A stretch of DNA of 64,000 bases, taken from positions 372,001 to 436,000 of the forward strand of contig OZ237772.1 of NCBI GenBank assembly GCA_965178125.1, written 5' to 3'. Position numbers and translations under genes: made by a program. The notes beneath the pieces were generated by a model. It had not been told where the DNA came from, ran no database searches, and saw only the letters and a list, made by a program, of their open reading frames with translations. The DNA is from Bilabrum cf. latius. Its lineage: Eukaryota. Below, in pieces: positions 39,201-50,700 of the stretch (position 1 is the stretch's first letter; each line of letters begins with the position of its first letter).

Positions 39201-40531
39201 CCCTTCTTGCCATCGTGAACGCGGTTACCGAGGTGATCATGTTCCTAGGCAAGATTAGCGTGACTTTGCTATGCGGCTACCTGGCCTACCTGTTCCTTGA
39301 CAACCTGGCGGAGTTCCAGCCCGGGGGCAAGCGAGAGCTGACGGGCATCTGGGTGCCTATCCTAGTGACGATGCTGTTCGCATACGGCGTGTCGAGCGCC
39401 TTCTTCACTGTCTGGGAGGTGGCGATCGACACGGTGCTGGTGTGCTTCACGCTGGATATGGACGAGTCGCTCATGTACCCGAGGAATAAGGGCAAGATGG
39501 GGCGGTACGGCATCCCCCTGCACTACCGCTCCCCCGACATGAGGGGCGGATGCCCGTCCTGCTGCTACCGCTCTCCCCCTTTCTCATGGTGCTGCTTCGA
39601 CCTGAGCTCCTGCTGCTGCGGCCTCTTTGCGTGCTGCGCGGGCTGCTGTGGAGCCGTCCGCGAGCACAGCAAGAAGACTGACGACCACCACAGGGACCCG
39701 ATTCTGGAGGCGCGCACCGCCGCCTATGTGGCCCCTGCCGCCGCCGCTGCCGCCGCTGCAGGTGGAGGCGTCGCGGCGAAGAAGGCAGCTTACGCCAACG
39801 GACAGTCCGGAAATGGTGTGGCTGCGGCTGCGACTGCTGCAGGAGCAGTCGGCGCTCTTGCAGCTGGCGGGGCCGCGGGTGCTTCTGGTGCTGGTTAGCC
39901 CGCGGCATCGCCAGGCGCCGGTGCTGCTGCAGGTGCCACAGGCGCTGGCATCCTGATGGGCGGTGCCGGCGCTGCCTTCGTCTCGAAGTTCGACCAGCAG
40001 TACGTGCACCAGCCGTCCCTGGATTGCCTCCACAAGGTGTATCGCATGACCAGCAGCTTTCCCCACGAGTACCATGCCCTCCAGGAGCTGGAGAGGAGAG
40101 ATGACCTTGACTCGTGGGAGAAGACCAACTTGAAGAGCATCCGGCACGAGATCAATGCCATGATGAGCAGGGACAGGGACAGGCTGAACGACCTGTCAAA
40201 GCGACCCACGGTCACAAGGAAGGCCTACCTGGCGAGGCACGTGATGCTGCAGCGGGGCATGCAGCTCTCCGAGCGAGCCGAGCTCAACCTCGAGCTGGAC
40301 CATCAGGAGGAAGGTAAGTGGCTCATGGTGGTGGAGCAGGCCAGGGTGCAGATCGAGAGGGAGGAGGGCAAGACACTCTTCGGGACCACCAGGGCGGGAC
40401 CCAGGCCTGCGCAGAAAGCCTCGGCTTCCGGAGCGGCGACACCTGGATTCGGGACTGCGAACCCAGTGGCAGGGCAAGCCAGGGAGGTTAGGGTGGGGCA
40501 GATGACGGTGCCGCCCGGTACTGGCCGCTGA
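36256..40531 (+). CDS. Choline transporter-like (CTL/SLC44) protein, ~1293 aa; join(36256..36447,36842..40531)
   Basis: RKMTDMCCCIAF, GNPRRLFYGTDYEGNTC, YHFFGLLWT, RYHLGTISFGSFLIA, AIKGYSFCRSARNVF, VAIDTVLVCF..D. Intron GTGAGT 36448..CGCAG 36841. TAG at 38789 (inside the transporter domain) and 39896; ends TGA. Confidence 0.9.
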
Positions 40532-40548
40532 GCGCAGCGGATCCCTTT

Positions 40549-40568
40549 GGGGGGGGGGGGGGGGGGGG
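40549..40568. repeat. Poly-G run (~20 nt) just downstream of the CTL stop, followed by a second G run
   Basis: Seen directly in the sequence. Confidence 0.85.
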
Positions 40569-40732
40569 ATGCAGCGGGTCACTTGGGGGGGGGTGCCGCA
40601 AGTGGCGGCTTGTGGCAACTTTGAAACCGCGTCGCTGGCCTTTCTCAGGTATATCGGATGGTTTCTCGCTCATTGTGTAAAATAAGTCAAAACTCGCCAC
40701 GGATTGATCCGCACTGCAATGCGATGCACCGC

Positions 40733-41536
40733 TCACTTGAACCTCGTGGATCTGCCGAGCTGCGATGCGCCCACCCTCCCCCCTCCCCTCCCACCTCCCC
40801 TCCCCCCTCCCCTGCTCTTTCGCCTGTTCCCCACCGCCACTCGCCGCGCCCCCGTCACTCTCCTGGCCCCGCCCACCGCTGGCCCATCGTCACCCGCGGG
40901 GGCATCACTGGCAGCAGCGTCCGCTTTGCTGCTGCTGCTGGCCGCAGTGGACGGTCCCTGGCTGGACGCGAGATCAGCCATTGTCATACCACGGCCAGAC
41001 TATTTGCCGCCACCTGACCCTGCCTCCATCGGAGCGGCTCCAGCATGAGGCCCTGCATCCCCCTGTCCTGCCGTTCGCTGCAAATGAGACAGGCCAGCTG
41101 TGGATACAACAGATGCGCCTGCTTCCTGAGTAGCCCAGGTGGAACCGGCAGCTGCAGACGCATGCGCACTCGAATCTAGGTCCGTTCCAGCTGCACCTGC
41201 ACCGATGGCATCCCCACTTCGTTCGGCCAGTGCTTCCGTTGCGGCATCCACAGCGGCTGCCAGAGGACTGCTGATAGCCTTCAGCAGGTGCTCATGCTCC
41301 TCCGCCACCGCCACGCCATCTCTAACCTCTGCAACAAGCATACCCAGTGCTGTATTCACCTGCAAACCATAGCAATCATGTACCCGTGCACAGGAACTTG
41401 GCGGGTACTGCAACTGCAGTAATCATCGTTGACTTGGTGCAAGGACAGGATGGTACTTGCTTACTCGTTGAAAATTGCTGCGAATCTACGTAAGTTCGTC
41501 CAAAATAGAGGCATTGATTGCGTCTGTAGATACCAT
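40733..41536 (-). CDS. Hypothetical protein, ~232 aa: N-terminal short coiled coil, C-terminal RGG-like basic tail; complement(join(40733..41359,41465..41536))
   Basis: MVSTDAINASILDELT*IRSNFQR|VNTALGMLVAEV. Intron GTAAGC 41464..TGCAG 41360. ORF pieces 41000-41413 and 40733-40987 share a frame across TAG 41000-41002. Ends TGA. Confidence 0.6.
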
Positions 41537-41733
41537 CGGTGGCGGGAGTGGCCGGGCAATCTATATTTGAACCTGGGCAACTGGTTGCGACCGCCGCCGG
41601 CGATCCCAGATGCCTGCACGGTGTGGTCTTGCGACCAAAACCATCAATCTAGTGTGGCTAGAGTCCTAGGCACTATCGCCTGTGGCTGGGATTCCCAGGC
41701 AAAATTCAAAGCGATTTATCCAATGGGTACTAA

Positions 41734-44700
41734 ATGAGCGTGTCGAATCCGGAAGCGAAAGCCCAGCTGGGGGGCCAAGGTGCCACCGGCAGGTCGTTCA
41801 GTGCGGCCGTCACCCAAGCAAACAAGGCTAAGCGCCAATCTTTCCTGCGAGACCGAGCGATGAGCCGTGGAACGGTTTAGAGCGATGGACCTTCAACTCC
41901 TGGCTAGGGCGGAAGTGCGACCTTCTCCAAAAAGAAGCCGCGCCGGGGTTCCGAAGTTACCAGCAAGACATCCAAGGCGGTGACTGGACTGTAGACCGCC
42001 GGAAAACGCTATCGTGTCCGAATTCTCAAGGCCGGTGACTAGGCCGCAGAGAAAGCACTCGCAGACGAGAAGTCCAGGCAAGATAGCCTGTTTGGCAGGT
42101 TTCTGCCTGCAAGGCGGTGAGTTTCGTTGGCAAAGTGACCGTTGCTACCTCGACCCCAAGCTACCCCGGCAGCCTACAAATTGGCGTAAACTAGAGATCA
42201 ATATATGCTCATCAATATTTTCTTAGATGTGATGCGCGAGTGGCGCTGAGCGGGCAACTCGGCGAGCCTCACCTTAGATACGCTGCATCGATGTGTCGCT
42301 CGACGTTCGCAGGCAAAGTATCGTAGCGTCCAAAGACACAGTGGTTCTCATCGAGGAGCATTAGGAATGCGTGATTCCACTGAATAGCCACTGGCTGAAA
42401 TGGTGAGATATGCGGCTGAGCGCAGAACGACCCACTCAGCAAGCGTTTTGCGCATGCGTTGCGGTGATGCCGCGCTTATGTGTGAAATTTATAATTGATG
42501 CGCAATTCGTTCACAATAATATTGCAGGTGGGACGTACTGCTGGTATTTCTGCTGGCATTCACGGCTATTGCGCTCCCGTACGAGATAGCTTTCATAGCG
42601 AGGCAGAAATGGATTGCCCTTTTCTGGTTCAATCGGTTGGTGGACCTAGTGTTTCTGGCCGACATGGGCGTCTAGTTTTTCCTCCCGTACCTGGACGAGA
42701 ACGGACAGGCAGTGACCAGCAACGCCGCCATAGCATAGAACTACTTGTCGAGCTGGTTCTGGATCGACCTGATCTCGGTGATCCCGTACGATATTTTCAC
42801 GCTCGGGACGGAACTTGAAAAGCTGAGCCTGCTCCGAATGCTGCGACTGTTCAAGCTGATCAAACTTCTGCGGGTCGTGCGAGCCAGCCGCATCGTCAGC
42901 CGCTGGCGCAACCGGTTCGGTCTCTCCAACGCTGTGATGCAGCTGGGCCGATTCATGCTCACCATCCTCCTGCTCGCACACTGGTCCGCCTGCATGTGGT
43001 TTATGCTAGCGGACGTGGCCCCTGGAAACGTCACGACCTGGCTGGATGTGGAGGACTTGGTGGATGCCTATCCCGCCATACAGTACCTGGCTTCACTATA
43101 CTTTGTGGTGGCCACGCTGGCGACTATCGGGTGTGAGTGCAGCGAACTGTGGCGCCACTTCATCGGGGGGTATGACCCTTCCCCTGCTGGTGCGCTCGCC
43201 ACGCCCGCCTCACGACACCCCCTCCTCCCCCTCTGCCCAACCTCACCCACACACACCCTGCCTCTTTTTTATCCATTCTCCATGGCTCACCCCCTCCCCT
43301 CCCCTCAACCACAATCCCGCAGACGGTGACATCGTGCCCGCCTCCTGGTACGAGCAGGCATTCGCACTGGTCCTCATGCTGGCGGGCGGTGCTATATACG
43401 CCTTCCTCGTTGGCGCCGTGTCAAGCATCGTTAGCGGGTTCGACCGAGCCACGCAGCAGTTCAGGCAGGATCTGGACGCGATCAACACGTACATGGACAG
43501 CATCAATTTGCCCTATGCACAGAGGATCAAGGTGCGGGAGTTCTACGAGCTCTCCCTCGATCTATACCGGAACAAGCACTACCAGCACCTGCTTCGGTTC
43601 CTGTCCCCGGCCCTCAGGGGCATGGTGGCGGCGCACATGCACGAGTCCTGGATCACGCAGATATCGTTCTTTTAGGCCCCCACGGACGAGGAGATGTCCG
43701 AGTTCGTCACTGCCATCAGCATGGCCCTGCAGCCGGTAGCATTCAGCCCCATGGAAGTAGTCCTCAAGGTGGGATACAGGAACAATCGCATGTTCATCAT
43801 CCAGAAGGGCATCGCGGGGTCGGGCAAGGCGGGTCGGGTGCTCGGCGCGGGTTAGATATTCGGCGAGGAGATGATCTTGCAGGAAGCACGGGTGCAGGAC
43901 AAGACGACGGCCATCACCTTTTTGCTGTGCATGACGCTCAGCAAGCAAGACCTGGAGAAGACCCTGCACAGCGGCTCCTTCGACGAGACGAGGAGGCTCA
44001 TCCGCAGGGCAGCCGCGAGGATCGCGCTCCGAAGGGAATTCATCCGTTGCGCTGCGCTGTATCGTCTGCAGGAGTCGGCTCTCCTGGAGATCGCGGATCG
44101 GACGAGGCGGCTGTACGGGCGTGCCGACGGGTACACGATGGAAGACGTGACACGGTCGAAGCTGGCCACCATCGGCGTGGTGCAGTCAGGCACAGAGTCG
44201 GAGGGCGCCACAGACGACCGCGGCAGCAAGCGAAAGAAGAGGAAGAGCAAGCCGAGCCACCGCGGAAGGAATAAGTCAAGCAGGGAGAGAAGTGCGGCGG
44301 GGAGCAGCCACTACAGCGAGGCGCGACCAGCTGTGGGCACTGAGGGTCCCACTGGCGACGTGGTGCGGGCCTTTGCCAGCAGTGATCTGACGGACCCCGC
44401 GCACGGCTCGTACTTTAGCCTGAAAGCCGCGCGGGAGAGAGCCAGGGCCAGGGAACAATCTGAAGAACAGTCCAGGGAACATGCAACTGCCCTTGCGAAA
44501 CCTCCGAGGCGACCGGCCCCACCCGCGCGGCATGCCAGAGGCAGCACGGCATCGGGTGCGCCGACGACTGGCCGGAGCACCGACCCATCAGCAGCAGCAG
44601 CAGCAGGTGAACTGGCCTCCTCATCTGGTGCTCCCCGCCGGCCCCCTCCTCCTCGGGTGAGCGTGAGTCTTGCCGAGCTGGCACAGGCCGCCGATGACTT

Positions 44701-47700
44701 GGAGGAAGAGAACAAGGCCGGCAACGAACGCAGGGGGAAAGACGACGACGAGGAAGGTCAGCTGGGGCGCAGCTTGCAAGGGGGGGTGGGTCAGCTGGTG
44801 GCAGGCTTATCGTCCCAGTCGGATGGAGAGCGTGAGGGGTAGGGTGGAGGTGGGAATATGGACGGCAAGCAAACGACCGCCTCCAGTGCTCTCGATACCA
44901 CTGCCCGTGAGTCCCATTCTTCCGGTTTGGACGGGGGCCAGGAGACGGAGGTGGGCAAAGTCGGGGAGGGCGGTGACCCCGCCGCTGCGAGAGGTGCAGG
45001 GGCAGGCAAGGGGACTGCAGCGAGCAAGGTGGGTCGTCGTCGAAAGAGTACTTTGGATCGGTTGCTCGAGCGCATGCCGGAGCCCGATGCGGCGGAAATC
45101 AGCGCGGTGTCATCGCGTGGGGGGGCGGCCTACGGGGGGCAGGACGGTGGCGCTGGGGGTGGTCATGTAGGGGGATCCAGCAGCCGTCACGACGATGTCA
45201 ATATCGGTGCGATGCTGGACTCGATCGGGGACAGCAGCGACACCGGAAACGAAGATGAAGAGAGGAAGCAGGGCGGGTACGAGGAGGTGCGTAACGTGGG
45301 TGTCCCCCGCCCTGGGGTCAACCCGGGGGATATCCCCCCGGGCGACGGCTCCCCCATCAAACACCTTGCAGACCTGGGTATCTCTGCCAGGAGCGGTTGG
45401 GACGACACCAACGACGAAGATGAAGATGAGGGCGGGAATGCAGGAAGCGGGGGAGTCAGGCGCAGGCCAAGGGGATCGGCTGCAGGTCTCAGGGCTCGCG
45501 CCACGATCGAGGTGACTCCAGGCAGCGGGGGAGAGGGCGCCACACCACGTGTCCCCGTGGCGGGGGGTAGCGGGGGGGAGGGGTCATCGTCACACAGGGC
45601 CAGGCCCAGGTCAGCAGCTCACACCACGAGTGGTAGAAGGAACTCGGGTGGCACCAGCACACGCTCTAGCAGACCCAGGAGGAACTCGGCTGCTGCCAGG
45701 TCAGTGCATGTGGGCGGGTCGGGGGCCTCCCCTCCACAGAGCACTCGCTCCGGGCTCGGTGTTCCCCGGAGGTCCGCAACCGAGGGGCTGACCCCAGCAG
45801 GGGGGGTGGCGGTTCAGGGGCCCTGGGGGGTCCCCGGAGTGGCCACCTCGCCCACTCGTCACACGAGCGCGCCGTTCCCGGCCGCCCCTACTTCACCCCC
45901 TGGACGGGGCCAGCCTGTCTTCCCCCCCCGTGCAGCGGACCCCCAGGGTGCCCCCCGTGGTGGTGGGGGCAAGCGTGACCAAGCCCGTATGGCGGTGAAG
46001 TAGGCCAGTGACGCAGTCAAGGGGTCGCTGATGTACCTCAAGAAAGCGGGGGTGGATGCGGCCAGGCGCAGGCTGAGGGAGAGGATCAAGCAGAAGATGA
46101 GGGGGGTGGGCATGATGCGAGCCATGGGCTACAAGGCGAGGGGGGGCGCCGCTGCTGCCCTGGACAAGGCGCTCTCCAGACGGCCCTTCGCTGCCCCCGC
46201 CATGGGGAACAGCCGCGGAGGGGTAGGCGCAGAGGCAGTGGACACCGACGACTCGGAATCGAAAGTGCGCCGGAGGGCACCTACATCGTCCCAGCCAGAG
46301 AACCTTCTTTCCCCGCAGCAGAGCGGTAGCAAGGCCGTCATGGCGGCGGGTGTTCCCGGGAGGCCCTCCATCGGTGGAGGCGAGGGCAATCCATGGGCAA
46401 ACATGAGGCAGAGCAGCCGCCGTGCCAAGATGGTCGCAGAGCAGGTTCTTAACGAAGAGGTGTACCTCTATACGGAGAACGGTGGCTTCGCGGTGCTGAC
46501 CCAGGAAGACAGGCAGGAATACGTGCAGCAGCTGAGGGGCAGGAGGGAGCTTCTGGCCGCACTGGGATTCGCCCTGACGGCGGGGCAAGGGCAGGGGGCG
46601 GGGACAGCGGATGGGCCGGGGGGCCGGAGGGGGAGGCACGGCTCCGAATCCAAGGCGGCGCGCCAGCGGCGGGAATCGATCGAGGGTGGTCGCAAGCGTG
46701 CAGGCGCAGGTGCTGGCCCGCGCCACCAGAGCTCGTCTCTGGAGGAAGCAGCCGCCGCCGTGAGAAAGGAAGTGGCGGAAGGCAAGCTGGCTGGACGCGC
46801 TGCCTCGGAGGATGGCTCTTCCGGTGTGACGAGTAGGAGCACGATGCGCAGCGGGGCCGGCAGCCGCCTGGACTACAAGACGGGCAGTGGCAGAGCCGCC
46901 CGCACCCGCACTCGTCACAGCAAAGAGGACGCCGAGCTCCTGGAATCCACCCAGGGGCTGCGATCGCTGACCAAGAACCGGAAGAGCAGGCGGGCGGGGG
47001 CCTACGGCACGGGGGGCGAGGGAACAGCCAAGAGCCTGGATGGGCGATCCGATGACCTGTCGGACGGGAGCGGCACGGAGTCTTGGAGGTCGGGTTTCGA
47101 TTCCGATTCCTCGGAGGAGGCGGGGCAGCACCAGGCGGTCGGTGACCTGATCGTGGGACCCGCGTCCTACATGTCACCTGCGGGAGCAGAGGCGGCGCAT
47201 GCGGCGGAGAGAAGAGCCACCAGGTTTCTGTCAGGGGATGATGAGGACCAAGGGGGTGCGATGGTGGTGGGAGGCAGCGCGCTTGTGGGTGGTCCGTCTG
47301 CCGCTGCTGTCCCCGGTGTGGCGCAGGGGTCCATGGGGGTCATGCCTCCCGGGGTGCAGATGACCCTTGGGGGTGCATGGGGACTCCAAGGTGGGGGCGG
47401 GGGGGGGATGATCGAGGCGCAGTCGTCTATGAGATCCGCGGCGGGCGCAGGGGCCGGCATGGTGGCGAGTGGCAGCCAGGCCTCTACGGTGAGGCAGAGG
47501 AGGGCTAGCTCGTCTTCAGCGGCAGGGAACAACGGACGGGTCATGGTCAAGCGGAGCTCCATGCGTGTGCAGCGGCGCCGCAATTCAATGCACCGGCGCA
47601 ACTCGCATTCCCGCTCCACCCGGGGTGGCGGGGCGGGCGGCGGTGCGATTGGGGACGACTCCGAGGTGTCCCGCCGCAGCAGCAGGAGGAGCCACAGGCG

Positions 47701-50700
47701 CAGGTCCAATAGAGAGAACCAAGGCGCAGCTATAACTAGGGGCGTCTCCAGAAGGAGGCCAGCAGCCGAAAGGGGATCGGCATCCGGTTCCGAGACCAAC
47801 CGCAGCCACGCCTCCAGCACGGGCGGGAACTCGGTGCATTCCATGGCTGGCATGGGCCCCACGGCTCCGTCCTCCCGCTCCCTCATGGGCCGGCATGATG
47901 GTACGACCCGCACGCCCGGGCCTCTGCTGCAGCCGTCTCCTTCCCCCGCCCAGATGGCTCAATCGGCGGAGGCCATGCCGTCTGCCAGGAGCAGCAAGCC
48001 GGGGGGAGGGGGAGGGGGAGGGGACATGCTGCCCACCGCGCAGGATGCCAGGGAACAAAATGCTAGGGAACACAAGGCCAGAGAACACGGTCGGAACAGG
48101 CGATAGCCTGGGAGTAACGAATCCAAGGGTGCAGCCGGCGTGCAGGTGCAGGTGCAGGTGGGCGATGCCAGGAGGGTGGTCAAGTCCCGCGCTGCATCCA
48201 GGTTTCGCCTCATGACGGCGCCTGAGTCAGCCAGGTCTGGCGCGGGTCCCCACCAAGATGGTCACTTCCGGTACGGCGGCGCGGCGAGCGGGCGGCAGAC
48301 CCCGGGGGCTCAGGGTGGTTCAGCGGAGCTGCTGGAGGAGAACAAGGGCTCCCGCAAGGTGCTCGAGAGGCTCAGGAGGGAGTACCTGAAGCTTCACGCG
48401 GGCCTGCCTCTGCTCGCCCGGATCATGGCTAGATCGAGGGTGACCGCCGGTTTGGCCAGGGGCTTGGATCTTCGGAGGGAGGAGGGGTGGGCCATCCATG
48501 AGAGCACGAGGCAGGCAGCCAGCGTGGCGCTTGGGATCCCATCCGAGGGACAGCTTGAGGTGCTGGCCCCGACAGCCGCAGCCAAGAGGGCGATGAGGAG
48601 CAGAGCAAGGGCGGAGATGAAGCAGAGTAAAAGGCAGGCCGCGGGGAACAGCGCCGCGGCATTGGCCGCCATGGCTGGGGGCGCAGGTGCTGTGCCCGCG
48701 GCGGTGCCCCGGCCGCCCCTGTCGGTCGGTGGCGGGTCCGTGGTCGGCGGCGGGCCCGAGTTCCCTGGCGGAGGTGCCTTTGCTGCTCCGCAGCAGATGT
48801 TCGTGGGCAGGCCTGGATTCGGAGCCGGAATGTTCGCGGGGCAGCAGTCGATGCTGCAGGGAATGACCGACAACAACCCGTATCTCATGGGCATGGGCGG
48901 CGGGCCGGGATCCAGGAACGGTGGCATCTCTGGTCCAGGCAGCGTGGGCGCACCCTCGGTGAACGAGCAGAACTACGTCAGGATCCGAGGGAGGGTTGGG
49001 GGTGGAGGGGATCTCTACGACACTGCCTCGGTGGGTGGCGACGGCTCCTCTGTGCGATTCAACCTCAGCCTGCATCAGCAGCAGCAACAAGCGCAGTACG
49101 GGCTCATGTCTCCACCAAGGACGGGCATGCCTGTGCTGATGCACGGGGGAGGTGGTCGCAGGGCTGGGCCGGCGGGCGCGGGGCAGCCCTCCCTGGGACC
49201 CGACCCCGCGGTGACACCTGGTGCGCAGGGGCAGCAGCAGGCGGGTCGTGAGAATCGATCGGAGCAGGACGTGAGGCATGCACAGATGCAGCAGTGGCAG
49301 CAGTGGGCGGCCATGTAGCAGCATGCCATGCAGCAACAGTGGGTGGCTTGGTATTAGCAACAGCAGCAGCAGCCAGCGACCGCTGCCGGGACAGGAGCCG
49401 CCCCACCGAGCCAGGAGGAGCAGCAGAAGAAAATGCAGGAATGGCTGCAGGCACAGCGGGCCATGGCCCAGGGAACAACGCAGGGAACATACACCGGGAA
49501 GGCACCGGGGAACAACAACCGGCCTGGATCGATGGGTCGAAGGGGCTCCATCACGCCCACTGGCAGGGGCAAGGCCCCGCCTGCCCCTGGGTCCAAGTCA
49601 AAGTCGGGCAGCAGCGGCATGCACGTGGGAGGCGGGCCGGGGGCGGGGGGGTCCAGGATATCCTCGGAGCGGCCCCGGGGCAGGGGCTTCCATTTCTCCT
49701 CGCGTAGCCAGGACAAGATGCTGGACACGAGCACATCGCCAAGGCCAGCGGATGGGTCCCAGCACTCGTCACACGAAGAGCACACGGCGCCGGGCCAGCC
49801 CCAGTCCCTGCAGCCCCCGCCATCGTCAGCGGGAGAGGGCTAGAAGGGCCAAGGCAACAGTCCCGGGGCGGGTGCAAGCGGGCAGCAACAGCAGCATCAG
49901 CAACAGCATCAGCAGTACTATCAGCATCAGCAACAGGGGCACCCAATGTCCATGCAGCAGCCACTCGGTGCCGCCAACATGCCGCCGTGGATGCTGGGGC
50001 CGTACGGGATGCAGGGCACTGCAGTGTCCCCGCCCTGGTTCGGCCCAAGCCCCCCCCCTCCTCCGGGCGTTGCCTGGGGCACGACCCCCTATGGAGGACC
50101 TATCCCGCCGTTTGCCCCCTGGTTGGGGTATGCTGGGCAGCAGCCCGGTTCACCCGGGCAGCAGGGGCGGCAGCAGGCATCGAATGCAGGCGCCGGAGAA
50201 CGCCCGTCAAGCAGCGGCTCTTCGAGCAGCGAACCGTACGACGGCACGATCGATGCGTCTAACGAGGGCGCCATCCTGGTGATGTTGGAGATGGAGCCGG
50301 TGGACGGTGGCGTGTGCCTCGGTGTCATCGAGCGGGTGTTGAGTCTGGAGGACGCTGCCACCATACCCGCCACCACTCACCAGATGAGCAAAGACCTTAC
50401 TTTGCTGGCGGAGAAAGCTGCGCTTGTGGAGAGGACGATGCGGCTGGCACTCAAACAGATGGGCGGCGGCAGCACCCGCAGGCTAGCCCTCGCCCAGCGG
50501 GGAGAGAGTGACGAGGACAAGGATGAGCTTGCCTTCTTCAGGGGGCGGGTGAAGGAGGGGCATGGGGGCGTGGTGCTATCAAAGGAAGGTGGGTTCCTCG
50601 TGTCGGGCAACGAGATGGCCATCAAGCAAACCAGAGGGGGGGGAGTGCTGCGGCCCGTAGGATCCAAGACAAAGATGAAGATGAAGATGCGGGCGGCCCC

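Noticed and set aside
40733-41536. DASH/Dam1-complex subunit identity for the small coiled-coil protein
   Set aside because: Only a generic short coiled-coil resemblance, which is not enough to name it.
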